Shown: positions 36,842 through 50,471 of the stretch, one piece after another
Position numbering within the stretch: the first letter of the stretch is position 1
How the letters are laid out: the number at the start of each line of letters is the position of its first letter
NCBI GenBank assembly: GCA_964187785.1
Contig: OZ076409.1
Coordinates: 45,200,001-45,264,000, forward strand
Length of the DNA stretch: 64,000 nucleotides
Reading direction: 5' to 3'
From: Amphiscolops sp. MND2022
Lineage: Eukaryota
Notes under the pieces: generated by a model
Databases searched by the model: none
Told to the model about the DNA's origin: nothing
The model's input: only the letters and a program-made list of their open reading frames with translations
Position numbers and translations under genes: made by a program

Positions 36842-38325
36842 CATTTTTCAATGTTTTCTTATTGTGTTTTGCTTTCTTTATGAGTGCATTATACTGAATT
36901 ATTGGACTTACGTGTTTTTGAGCTCCACGGAATTTTGCATGTACAGTTGAATCCGCCTATTTCGTATCGCTAGGGATCGAATGAAATAGTACGAAGTATG
37001 ACAAATGAGAATTATTGGCTGCACTACTTTGATCGTCGCGAAATGGGGATTTGTGTAACTAATTACTCGAAAATCCAAAAAACCCGGATACAAGTTAACC
37101 GGAGTTTACTGTAGTTGCCAGTCTCATCTACTGATGCATTTTACACCAGATCGTGTCACCAGTTTTCGTGCTTCTCGAAAGCTATTGTTGCCAACTTCCA
37201 ATTCGCAAAAATGTATGCCAATAAAGCAACAAGTTTGTTGTTGAAGTCGACGTACTTATCGTCTTTTGGCAGCGACCGAACAAACAATACGCCATACTGC
37301 AATATCTTCACATAATTTTTCAGATTATATTGATGAAATTATAGATGATAAAAAAAGTACGGTCACATAATTTTTGCTACTGCATGGTCTACACTGTTTA
37401 ACAATGTTCTGTAACGGTCAGATTCGTTTGCTCTATGTCGTACTACTTCTGCAGTGGATATGAAGTATTTTTCTGTTATCGCGGCAGCAAAAAGGTCGCT
37501 CCACTTCTTCCTTTCTGTTCTCGATTTTTTGGGGGATCACCCCAATTTGGGGTCAGCCCAGCCAATGCTGAGCTCCCTTCTTTTCTTTGTTGTTCATTGA
37601 TATTGTTTTGTCGCAGCGCCATGTTAAATAAAACAATTTGTGGTAAACGAATATTTAATTGAATGCAATAACTGTACGTTATGAAGGCAACTGCAATGAG
37701 TGACTGTTCTGTCGCCGCAGCAAGGGATGCTGGCAAAGTATTTTGCAGTTTTTTACATCTTGAAATGTTAGTGTCTTTTTATGTTGATGTAGCTAAATGG
37801 CCTCAACAACAGTAGGGGAAAGTTTTTATCTGACTCAGAGGGTAACATCCGGTTTTGTTGGCAAAGAGTTTCGGTTTCACCCATGTACTGCCCGAGAATA
37901 TATTAAATCTTGTTTGAACCCCAGTGAAGTGGTGAGATGAGACCTTCTCGTTTTGGTAGTGTTTGTACAAACCGAATAAATTGATCAACCGTACATTGCA
38001 ATAGAAAGACGTGATATAGTGATTATCTCCATTAGATCGGACCCTGATCTGCATTTTTTAAACTAGTAGAAATTATCTTGAAGGCATGGAAACGAACTCC
38101 ACATTGTTATTATAAAAGACCCGGTATAATCGCGACCATTCATTCCGTGCCAGTTGCCAAATTAGTTCAGAATGCCAAAATCTTTCAAAGGGTGCTCTCG
38201 TTCAATGTGTCATCCGTTTCATTTTTAACATGCTTATTTGATTTCAAACGATATGTCCGTTCACATTTGGCACTGTGCAACTAATTTCATTTTCACAAAA
38301 CTTTGATATTGTTAGGAATATTATA

Positions 38326-39507
38326 CACTCTTGTTTGTAGCTACCGAACTAACACGTAGTTTGTACATGCAAAAGTGAACGCTTGATTTGCGCGCTAATT
38401 AAACACCCGCTGAAAACATTGACAAACATTTCATCAGCCATGTTCATTGCGTTTCAAACGCTCAGTCTTTGAATTCACGTATTCTGAAAGAATTGAAAGA
38501 TTGGGTCCGAGGAAAACCAGTGGTAAAATCAGAAAAAAAGTCATTCAGAAATTCCTTCAAAACTTTTCTGAATCGAAAATTTCGAAAGACTTTTTAGTCT
38601 CAAAAACTTCTGTGCATCGTATTTTTGTGGCGTACAACAAAGACGACAGGATTGAACGCAAGAAAGGACCAGGCAGAGCACCGAAAACTACCGAAAAATC
38701 GAAAAATATTCTTAGACGCCTCTCAGTAATGTGTCCTAAACTTACATCTGAGCTGCTCAAAAACGACTGGGCAGATGGATACAAATATCACGCCAGTAGT
38801 ATTAGAAGAAGTTTGTTGAAATATGGGCTTTTCAGGAGAAGGGGTGCCAGAAAACCTCTTTTGACCAAGAAACAGATTTCAACTTGTCTCAAATGGTGCA
38901 ACAAAAAAGGAAAAATTACGATGTTTTACTGGAAGAAAGTGATATACAGCGATGAGACCAGAATAGAGATACGAGCCAGTCGCATACATTTGTCACAAAA
39001 ACAAAAGTCTCAAATTATCGGTACAATCATAAATACCTCACCTCAAAAGTACTGGGCAAACAAAAATCGACCAGCTATTCCAACAGGACAATGCCCCATG
39101 CCATAAATCGTCCAAAATTTTATCCTTCTTTGAAAAAGAGGGAATTGCTCTACTCCCAGACTGGCCAGCTAGGTCCCCGGGCTTTACTATCATCGAGAAT
39201 TGGTGGGACTATTGGAACACACTAGTAGCAAAACATAACATTTCAAATCTCTAAGAATTTTCGACAATTGTTCAACAAAAACTTTTCAAAATTCCGGACA
39301 GTTTAATCGAGAATTTGTTTGATTCAATCCCAAGAAGAATTGATGCCGTTATCAAGAACAAAAGCCTTCTGATACGATACTGAAAACTCTTCCAAACTTG
39401 GTACGTTACCGTTTCATAAATATTACTAACATAGTTTTCTTAAAACTGTTGTAACTCTTATACCTAGGGCATTCTTACAACTGGTTCGGTTACTACAAAC
39501 AAAGTTG
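38326..39507 (+). mobile_element. Tc1-family relic, duplicate
   Basis: Copy-2 equivalent of 9685-10866. Confidence 0.9.
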
Positions 39508-40360
39508 AAACAATTTTTGATATTAGGAAAAGAAAGTTTTATAAGCCGGAAGGGCCTTTTTGGGTTATTTTGATACTATCCAACTTTCAGTTTCAAAAAA
39601 GTCTTCGTTTGGTTTTCCTGATCTTTCTAGTCAAAAAAACTTCAAACTCAAATGTACTTCTTTTTTGTCGGGAATGCACTTGTTTGGAACTGGGTATGAA
39701 AACAGCTATTCCCCGTTTTTTGTTTTACAAAAAAGCTTTTTCAAGCCCAGAGACTTCCTTCGAGTTTTTTAAATTTGTTCAAAAACCAAATGAATGGCTC
39801 AAAACAGTATCTTAAAGCTTTGAAATGCTTTTTGAGCGTTATGCGGGAACCGACACATTATGGTTCCAGTCGCAATGTCTTCTGAATAGACTTCCGTGGA
39901 TAGATTCATTTTTTGTTGAGCTGAAAGGAGATTTTAGCAAGGTTTGAGATGAGAACTTTGGAACTTTTGACATGCTTCGGATGACGCATTTTACCACAAA
40001 AAGCCAAACCACCTAAAAACTCTAAAGAATGTTTTCAGTGTTTTTGCAACCAAGGACAGTCATCATTCGAGTTTTACCTGATCTCAGGCAATGAATCTCA
40101 CACTTGCAACGAAAGACAGTATTAGTCAATCCATAGAACAAGGTCTTTGTTGCCACTTCTCTGTTCAAAATTTTCCAGTAAAGGTTGTTCAGAAACAAGT
40201 TCTTTAGTAGTTGGGAAACATTGTTTAAAAAACAAACAAACGTTTAATTTAACAAAAAATCTAAATGCTGGAACCATAACAGCATGTATGCTCCAAGTAA
40301 TTTTCAAATTTATACACCAACTCAAAATTGGACTTTTCGCCTCTGTATTGCATCAAAAAA

Positions 40361-40526
40361 CGGGATCGAAGGTCCACGATATTTTTGTTAGTTATCTCTC
40401 AGATAGAAAACTACGTTTTTCACAAAGGAAGAAATAAATCGTGCCTGAAGGTTGAAACGGGTGTACCTCAGGGTTCAGTCTTAGGACAAATTAGCCATCT
40501 TTGCTGATGATTCTACAATCATAGAA
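40361..40526 (+). mobile_element. LINE RT fragment, duplicate
   Basis: Copy-2 equivalent of 11720-11885. Confidence 0.8.
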
Positions 40527-41939
40527 GCATCATAGGAATCATGATTTTACAATCAATTAAAGACTTCACTCTCTGCAAGAGATTTTACAATGTAACAAAA
40601 CTTTGTCTTCGAACTCTTCTTTGTAGAGAATATAAAAGAGTTTTTTGACAATTACGACAAGGTGGTCATCTGCAAAAATTTTTTTGAAATGCCTTCTCGA
40701 AACGATCAATGTACCAGGCGGCACAAAAAAGATCACTTCGCAACTGCGTACAGTAGAATATCTATCCAGAGAAAACTTTCAAGTGACGATTTCAATTTGA
40801 GGATTTGATATCAAACATACCTAACGTTTTCGTTGCTGATAAAAAGCAACTGCTTCCGCTGTTACTTCGAACAATTCGAAACTTAAGATCGAAATAAGTT
40901 CAAATTTCCTCACCATTATAATTAAGAATATTGGTTGACGAAAAAGTATGGAGTAGTGTATTTTTCATCATTACCACTATCTGGTTATCTACCGGAGGGA
41001 CTTGACTAGTTTTGATCTCTTTTCCTGTCCAGATTGGATTGTTATTTGCTCTGAGTCATAAAAGTTGTTATTCTCCTTTCCAATCAAACAAACGTTTCTT
41101 TTTCTTTCAAAACATCATAGGGTCTTTTATTTTTCTGGGCCTAATTGAGAACTACATTAATTTAAACGTTCCCTGTTTGCTTATAATTAGGTGATGGTCA
41201 TATTGGTACCCTCACTCTTCTGACATCCAAAACAAATGAGAATGCGACACAGGCCGAAACAAATGCCATTGCCGCCGCTGCTCTTTGGACTGATTTTTTA
41301 GTTACACTAAACAAAAATAATTTAAAAAGGAGTTGCGAAGTGAGTTGAAACCCAAATTATGAGGATTTGCCATCCTGGCTTCTAACAATGTCAGGACGTT
41401 TTTGAGTGTCGTGATTTGCATTGATTTCTAAATTATAAGCAGCAGAAGTATCTGCGGGTTCAAAATGAGGTTCAAGAGAATTGACCTTCGCACAAAACAT
41501 AGACTTACAGCCGCACTTTCGAACAATTGTGTCTGAGAGATTTGTTGATACGTCGCATTATTGCTGGCCCTCTGCATATTATTATTCTTGAAGTTGTCTA
41601 GTCCTCTTGACATCCTTTGATTCATTTCCTCTGCCAATTTTGCCACTTTCTCGACTATGCTATTAGTTTCTTAATAATTTGTTTCTGTCCTACTGTGATA
41701 CTCTGTTAGCTTCATTATATCGCAAAAATTTGCGTCTATTGGTTAACAGGGCTTTTTCAATACTCTGGTTTGGTCCATCGGACTCATTCATCAAGTTATA
41801 ATTCATGCTCTATACAGATCAGATTACCATTTCCGATCAATGAGTTCAAAATTAGACGTGATGTCAGGTTCAAATGACCTCTTTGCTCTGTTCTCACGAT
41901 GCTACTTCGAGATTAAAAGGTCTAATAAACAGCAATGAT

Positions 41940-42020
41940 TAGGGATGCAGTCCCGGGATCGGACATTGGCTAATCCCGAATCCCGGGATTAGGAATAGTG
42001 GTATGGGATTAGCATCCCTA
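41940..42020. mobile_element. 81-bp miniature hAT element present only in copy 2
   Basis: TIR TAGGGATGC/GCATCCCTA and 8-bp TSD GCAATGAT; clean empty site at 13292-13299. Confidence 0.92.
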
Positions 42021-44730
42021 GCAATGATATGTAAACAGGATAAAGCGGTGTATTTCAGTTCCACATTCAGGTCGGTGGTAGGTTCCGTTCCACATTGCAC
42101 TTCGGTTTTCATTTACTCTGACCGGTTCCAAAGGTACATAATAGTTTCAGAACTCAAAGCTATTATGTAGGTTTGGAGCCGGTCAGAGTAAATGAAAATC
42201 GAAATGATAGTTGCCTACTTTCGTCGTCCAATCAGATTTGCGATCGGCTTTATATTTGTTCTTTTTGAAGCTCGTTCGGTTATACGAACGGTTACCATTC
42301 GGGTCATGTTGACGTAATTGTCAAATGTTGGCATTGTTTATGAACAGTGCTTCCAATTAAAGCAGCACTACGTGTAGGAAGAAGAGGGTATCAAAGGAAG
42401 TGGAAGGCGTAATCTTTTTGAGACATTCGCTGAGTTTTTTTTGAAAGCCTGTTTGGACACATTGCACTAATTTAAAAAAAATTGCCAGCATGACATTTAC
42501 TTCAATTATTACCGAGGGTTGCTACAATATCTGACTGCCCCATCACTGAACAATTCAAGGCTGGAGCTAAAACTCAAGATGGCGCGTCCCTTCATTTTGA
42601 CGCGTTTGCTCCTACAGTTGCAAACTGCCATCGTTCATTTCTATCAAATCACAGCTTTCATGAAATTTTATGGAAAAACTTTAGTGATCTCGCAAGTAAT
42701 CTTGAATTGCAACCCCTGCGCCACCTGACACTGAATTGCGAAACAACCACAAGTATGAATTGAGAATGGATACTTTTTACAGCACTTGGGTTAAGTAGGT
42801 GCAAAAAGTGAACACTTTGAACCAGAGTCGCATATGCGGTAAAGGAGTCGGCTTAGGTCTGTTTCCTTCTGACTCGCTCGAATCCCAGCCATAAAAATTT
42901 GAAATTGCACACATGGGACCATATTGTAGAAATTGACTGTAGAAAATTTCGTTCGAATCGTAAGGACATATTTTGAGAAAATCGAAAAAAGTCGAAAAAT
43001 GACTGTTTTTTGGCCATTTTTGGGCTAATTTTGGCTGTTTCTCAGATCCCAGTCATACGATTTTGATGCCTTTGCGCACGCAGGGACCCCTTTGGGTGTA
43101 GAATAACTGCAAAATTTCATAAAAATCGTATGAACAGTTTGAGAAATTTGAAATTTTCATTGAAAGTTCGGGAGAAAAAAAAACACGATTGCATAAGTAG
43201 TCGAACATTTTTCCGACTCCCTATAAACGCCGTCAAAGGCGCGACGTTCAGGTGATTTCCTAATGTGACGTTTAGCAATAACTCCTTTGCTGGACAATGC
43301 GACGTTTAATGCAAAATGTAGGGTCTCATCTTCAAAAGTCGAAATACAGTCAACACATACGTCACCGCAGCTACATTGCTTATGAATTGAGATTGGTTGT
43401 TTTCAATTAGCGATTTCCGCATTTTTCCGGTTTAGGTAGAGATCAGTTGAGCCGTGATTGGCCTTGAATCCTACAAAACTATTTTTAGCAGAAACTTTTC
43501 TTTCCGTCGTTCTTTTTATAGGCTAGCAAACCAATGCAGTTAGATTTTCAGCCTCGGACACCAAAAACATCGACGTCCAGAACCTCGAAAACATTCTAAG
43601 GATGCCCACTTTGGTGTTTTTCACTCGGATTTTTTTCGTCACTATGCAACTTTTGAAATTTTTTGGATTGCACCAAAGGGTCTTCCAATTTTTTCTCGGA
43701 AATTTTCATATCTCCTAAGGGTCCCCCTTTCAATTTTTTTCATTTTTTGCAACCACTGGAGTTTCACAAAACCCAAAGGGCCCCCCCCCTTTTACAATTT
43801 TGAGCATAGATATAGCTCGGACTTTGGCAGTTTCCGGTTTGTTGGGAATAGGATGGGCTATTTCAAACTAAAGCGCTGACAATTTTGCCCGATTTTTTCT
43901 CTAATTCAATAATCAAGAATTTCCCAGTGTTATGTTTTCAATAAACAACGTCGGTGCCCAACTTAAGGCTCAAAAACAGCCAAATATTAAATTTGTTCTG
44001 GGATAATCAAGAAAAAAGAAAAATCTCAGAAATTTTAGTGCCAGAGACCATTTTAGACCCCACAGTGCCGAAAAAAACAAAGGGAACACATTGGTTTCAT
44101 CTACATTTGCCAACGCAAAAGTAGACGAAAAAATTAAAGAATTGGTTAGTTTGTCGTTTTAAAGAAGTTACAATAATAATCTGCATTTTAAAGAGAGTGC
44201 CGACTGAACATGGGATTTTCATGATTCAATGAACATATAAAAGTCAAATTTGTTCTTAAATTGTTGTTGTTAGCATAATGTTGACTATTCTTCAATGAAA
44301 TATTACAACAATTTCGAGTTCCAATATTACCGAAATAATCGAAAAAATCCATCAGCATCTAAGTCTAAACTTTCAGAAACGAATGCTTATTTCCACAGAA
44401 TTTCTCATTTTTAGAAACTTTTAGGCTTCTCATTTATTATAAATTTGATGACCATATTAAAATGGAATGGTAAAAAAATGGTGTTGCAAAATGAATTGAT
44501 AGTTTTTAGGAAGTTCATTTATTCAAATTATATTTCTTTAACTCAAATAATACAAAAGGATAAATCAATATAGCACGCGTAGACTTTGATGCACCATTTG
44601 TAAGCTTCATTTGGACAGCATTGAAGAATTCCAGTGATAAATGATATTGAAGAAAATCAACTGTGAAATATTGCAAATTTTACTGTTTAAGTGTTTTTAA
44701 CCTAAATGCTCATCGCCACATGGAACTCGT

Positions 44731-46293
44731 CTAATGAAATAGAGAAGAAGCGTTAACTGTTGCAGAGTCAGATTGAGGTTGAGTTTCGCTGGAACTGCAA
44801 CTAATTGTGCAATTGGAAACATTGGTAGACTCTAATGTTGATGGTACGAATAATCTAACAGGTGCTGCCGCTGCTATTGCACTGTTTGATAAATTGCTGC
44901 TTGCTGCGTTCGTTGAAGCGGACCCACTACTGGGCGCCGCGTTCATTGATGATGCGGACACAACCACCACTGATGGACTGCTCACGCCCATCCTTTCAGA
45001 GCTCTCTGATGGCATAGTGGACGTCACCGCAGCAGAGTTGGTTACACTGATAGGAACTGACCATGATGACATCGGAGGCTGATAACCCGGGTATACCAAA
45101 CGGATGGGATTTCTCAACGCGTTTATCTGTCCTACCAGAGACGCATTCTCATGAGGACAGTCATTGCTTTTCTGCTGAAAAAAATCATACACCAGCTTGA
45201 GAGGGTTGCCTAAACCAACAGGTCCCCCGCTGTTGTTGTATGGACCATTGATGATAGGTAGCCCAGCGGGGCTTGAAGATGAAGGCGTCATGTTTGGAAA
45301 AACCCGCGTTCGAGAACCATCATTTGTGGGTGTTGTGTTGTTGTTCATATCGAGAAGCCCTGGTTTGTTATTACCCGTGTTGGAGTTCGAGCTGTATTTC
45401 CGACGTCTGGTATCTGTAGAGCCTCGCACATTTTGGCTACCTCGATTCATGTTTCTGTTGTAAGCACCAGCCGGATTAGCATTGTTGTTATTGCCACGTT
45501 TGACTGCATTATTGTTGTGAGGATGATAAACAGGACCAGTATTGCTATGGAAGCCTTTCGGTGGCCTCCTTTCATGTGATTTTAAGGTTGTGTTGGGACT
45601 ACACAAAGTTTCATTCAAGTCATCGATACGGCAATTACCATAGCTATGACCTTCACCGCCACAGTTAGAACAACACTCACGCTTCGCTCTAACATAGTCA
45701 TCGTAATTGACAGGTTCGCCGTTAACAGTGAGAAAAAAACGTCTCCAGTTTTCGGGACAAAAAGCTTTTTCATGGCCCATATTAGAGCACCTGTAACATT
45801 GGGATTTCAATTGGTGGCGTTTCGGACATTCGTTGTGAGAATGTCCGCTTTCCAGACAAACTGGACAAAGCTTGTAGGGACATTGGTTGTGATCAGTATG
45901 TTCATGGGAACAACAATTGGCACATATCCTTCGTCGAGCACCGTCTGCAGGGGTTATTCTTGGACAGTCTCGTGATAGATGCCCATAACATTTACAGTAT
46001 TCACAGCATACGGGTATAACAGGATAGATATCGTTATTAACTAGAGAAACTTTTCCCTCCACGTTAACATTACCATTAAAATTGGTACTCAAGGGGAAAT
46101 GTCTTGTTCCGGGGTTTTCATGCTCAAAATTCTTCACACCTTCATTTTCCAAAACAAACCATGATATCATATCAACATTTTCTTTATCATCGTCGTCATT
46201 GGCATCGAATCCGACTTGAGCCATGAAAAATGAAGAATTATTGCTGGGACCTTTCAAGTTCTTACCAGACTCATTTCCAATTGAGTCACCCAT
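44731..46293 (-). CDS. ZCCHC7: ZCCHC7/Air-like zinc-knuckle protein, duplicate
   Basis: Translation identical to 15988-17550; the two substitutions I found are both synonymous. Confidence 0.8.
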   Translation of the reverse strand: MGDSIGNESGKNLKGPSNNSSFFMAQVGFDANDDDDKENVDMISWFVLENEGVKNFEHENPGTRHFPLSTNFNGNVNVEGKVSLVNNDIYPVIPVCCEYCKCYGHLSRDCPRITPADGARRRICANCCSHEHTDHNQCPYKLCPVCLESGHSHNECPKRHQLKSQCYRCSNMGHEKAFCPENWRRFFLTVNGEPVNYDDYVRAKRECCSNCGGEGHSYGNCRIDDLNETLCSPNTTLKSHERRPPKGFHSNTGPVYHPHNNNAVKRGNNNNANPAGAYNRNMNRGSQNVRGSTDTRRRKYSSNSNTGNNKPGLLDMNNNTTPTNDGSRTRVFPNMTPSSSSPAGLPIINGPYNNSGGPVGLGNPLKLVYDFFQQKSNDCPHENASLVGQINALRNPIRLVYPGYQPPMSSWSVPISVTNSAAVTSTMPSESSERMGVSSPSVVVVSASSMNAAPSSGSASTNAASSNLSNSAIAAAAPVRLFVPSTLESTNVSNCTISCSSSETQPQSDSATVNASSLFH

Positions 46294-49200
46294 GCATAGA
46301 TGCTTCCCCTGAAATTACGACCAGCGTGCCCAACAAAAAGTATAACTTTTGAAATGAAAACAGCGACATCAATCCAATTTCTTAAATATGAAGTCGGTGG
46401 CGACATTAAGAAATAGGGTTTCCAGTCATCTAGAGATATTCAAGAAGTAAAAGCATCAAATTTTGTAAAGGATGACTTCATATAAGGATGTCTCCAATAT
46501 CGATCCCATGAAAATATCAAAGTAACGCGTAAAATATTCGAATGCACTTTCATGATAAATGGTGAGTTCATTCATATCTCAAATTGAGTTTCCGTTGGTA
46601 TACAAGAGGAAGATGGGTGAAAAAGATTTCATTGTTAGTCGAGACGATTAGCATTTCAAACATTTTCTTTAACGCAAGATTTTCTCTGAACTCAAAATCT
46701 TTCCTTGCCAATCATTCCGACCTTCATGGAGTGAAAATGTCACTTTTATGTCGCACATTGATGGGTAGAACTTGCACCCCTCAAGGACTACATATAATAC
46801 TAGCTAATCTGCCTAATTAGTCTATGCTTTTGAAAAGTTAAATTCTTTGTTGACAAATATTTTCGCATTTAGGTGAATACTTGAACACTTAGGTCACGTC
46901 AAGTCGCTATTTTCGACCAATAACTAAAACATGCCAATCATGCCCTAAAAGCCGTAACACTATACTTATGCGCTAAGCTATGTGTTGCGTAATATTTGTC
47001 ATCAATTTATCAACAACTGCTTTGAAATGAGAGTTTGAGCCTGTCAATCAATCAATATGGAAAAAACTTGATTGAATTGACGTATAGATTATAGATCATA
47101 AATGGGGCTGAAACGACAGGTTCTTTTGGCTCAACAATAGTTGCGACAACTTTAGAAGTTTTGTTACGTAACTAAATGTCTAGTTTGAGCGATGGTGCGG
47201 ATAATAGCAAAACGGGACTCACGACGATTAGCATTCCATGATACCACCAAAATTAGCGACGACACGACGCTTACTAGTAAAAGTTTATGTTTCATATGCA
47301 GAAACATTACATTTCAATACTTGAAAAATTTGCGAAAACAATTGGCTTTTTTGAATAGATTGATTTCAATTTTTCTTATATCGCAATTCGGTGATTACTA
47401 AAAACGTTTACCATTGTCGACCACTTTCTTTAGTTAGGGGTAAAAACCCGACGTTGACGTCCACTATCGCAGATTCAAGGGCAAATTTTCGTACCACCGG
47501 CTGTTCTTAAAACTTTTTAATCGACGATCAATTTTCCTGACAATATGTCAAAGAAATATCAAACAGAAAATGCAGTGTGGTCTCGCCTCATTACTGTCTC
47601 AGCCATAAACTGGCGACACTCTCTTATTGATTTTTTTGGAATCGAAAAAGATGGTGCATGATAGAATATAATTCCGAAATCACCGAGACTTCAGAATTTC
47701 TAATGACAACTTTTGGTAACTTGAATCACCGATCTGTGAAAAATGTAGTCACCAAACCGGAAATTTCCACAATTGGTTGTATAAATTCGCCCGGGGATTG
47801 CAAGTCGATAAATTTTTCGACTGGCCAGCGAATCACCGCCTCCACCCCAAAGGTTGTCGACTTTTGTTGAAGTATTTCTGAAGCAAAGCGCCTATCCATA
47901 CCTCAAAACTGCTAACATCAACAGACACCAAATTATCCGTAATTGATATAAAATGTCGTTTCAAATGAACAAAATTGCAAATGATTGACAATTGGTTTGA
48001 AATTATATTACTGTTCTCACGACCAGATGTTTAGTCACCATTGGCTCTGAAGTAACAAGATGAGAACGTCTCAAGTCGGTGCCACGTTCCAAAATAACTG
48101 AATCTTTCAAATAGGCTAAAAAGCTGTGACTATGAAAGTTTTGAAAAATCTCACATTGCCGAAAGCCACCTTTTCGGCATTTCCTGACTGGAAACAAAAA
48201 TAAAGGGCGACCATTAGGTAAAACTTGAAAATAAAAGTGCCGAAAGAAAAACAGAAAAAGGGGGCTTAACACTTTTTTGTTTCGGTGATGCGAAAATGAC
48301 GGAAATTTAAAGGACAGAGAATATAGCCTCTGTTAGTACTCTTTAATTCTTAGGCTAGAAGCGTATCCGTTTCGCCACATTTGCGTCGTTTCGTCGCATT
48401 CGTGTCTGCGTTAACAAATAAAATGACTAATAGTCTGGCGAATAACTAACTAGTTCAAGCAAACTAACTTGTTTCGTGGACAATTTTGCACCCACGTTTC
48501 ATACATGTTTCAATGTAACCACAGACGAAACCGCACCCGGGTCAATTGGTATATCACATAAGATTCAAGAAAAAAACTAAGTTTTTTGCATGACAATATC
48601 TGTTTTTCATGCTGTTTATAAAAGTTGGACTGTTCAGGTCTATTTCATGGTAACCTTTTCACCCGAGTTTTTTGGTTTCACTTTACTCAAGCCTTCACAT
48701 TTTAGTTTCCCGAACTAGAGATGTAAAAAAATTACAACTGCGCAATAGTGGCTCATAGGATTCCATCTCTCAATGAAGCTTGATTTAGAAGAAATTGTGC
48801 GGAACAATTTTCAGCAGTTAATTCTGACTCTTTGCGATCGAAATTTTTGGTATTTTGGGAATAACTTCTAAAGAAAGGACGTCTGAAAACTAATGTTTCA
48901 AGATATGAAATGAGCATGGCATGGCTTAAGACGTTATTCCTTCACCCACAATTATTGTTACTAGCAAACACTTCTCTCTGAAGGACAACAATCTTGCACT
49001 TCTGAAGTAACATCTTGGGTTTTGATTTGCGGTAAACGGTTACAAAAAGACTCAATTTTATGTTTAAAAATTCAATTATCAAAATCTTCCATATACAAAA
49101 CATTGTCTATAGAAACGTTTGAATTATCATCTACATCGGTGTCATGTGAAAAAAACTTGTCATCACTTTTGCCAACTCGAAACGTTGGAGGTACTTGTTG

Positions 49201-50471
49201 AATGATCGTTGATCCCGAAGACCTTTGAAAGATCTTTGATCTCGCTTATCTGAAGATCCTCGAATGAGGATTAATCTCGAAAATCTTCCGAATACTCTTG
49301 AATGACCATTGATGTCGGAGATCTTCCAAAAATCCTTGAAAGATCTTTGATCTCGAAGATCTTTGAATGATCTTCGATCTCGAAGATCTTTATCTTTCGA
49401 AGACTCTTGAATGATCTCTGATCTCGAAGATCTCCCGAAGAACCTTGAATGATCTTTGAATTCGAAGGTCTTCCGGAGATCCTTGAATGATCTTTGATAT
49501 CGAAGATCTTCCGAGAGTCTTTGAATGATAATTGATCTCGAAGATCGTCCGAAAGTTCTTGAATGATTTTCCATCTCGGAGATCTTCCGATGATCTTTGA
49601 TATCGAAGATCTTCCGAAAGTCCTTGAATGATAATTGACCTCGAAGATCTTCCGAAGATCCTGGCATGGTATTTGATCTTCTCAAGGTCACTTTTTTCAG
49701 GAATATCTTTTGATTGACATACCATTTTTTAAAAGATCTTTCGATTGTTACGTAATTTACTGTCAAGGTTGATTGGCTCTCTGATATTTGATCAGCAGTC
49801 AATTTTTAGAAAGAACTATTTTGAAGAGAACGATCCATAATATGATATAACACTCTTCCCAAAAGTTTACGCTAGTAGTAAAAGTATATATGATCAATAA
49901 ACTTCACTCAAAAAAATCTTCCCATTCATCTCAATTGTAAAACTAGAAATCATAATTCGTTTCACAATTTAACAAATTTAGTAAATACGTTATTCTAGAC
50001 GAGGGGTCAGTTAAATCTGTGAATGACAAACACATCACTAAAATTACCATGACCGTCACTACTTTGTGAAAAATTTCAACCTAGGGACAAAATTTTAGAA
50101 ACTACTAAATACTGTACTACTACGAAAACAATATTGAAAATCAATTTGAAACGCTTCCAACGTCTAAAACATTAGCATAAAATCTAAAACAAAAGCCCTT
50201 ATCTACGGATTGTCGCGAAAGGAACTAAAAATAATAGGATGTGAAAGGATCACAGGGTTGAGTCAGTAGTTTTTCTTTAAAACTCATTATGAAAAGTTCA
50301 AGTTCATGAAATACACACTCAAAATCACTCAAATTGAAAAATACAGCAATGTAATAAGCCACGTTCAAATGCCCTTGGTTTAGAAAACTCACTTTGACCT
50401 AACTATCTGACTCCACGGCATTAACAATGGTGACTTCCCATAGCTCCGAAAGCAAAATCGAGTGCCATAAC

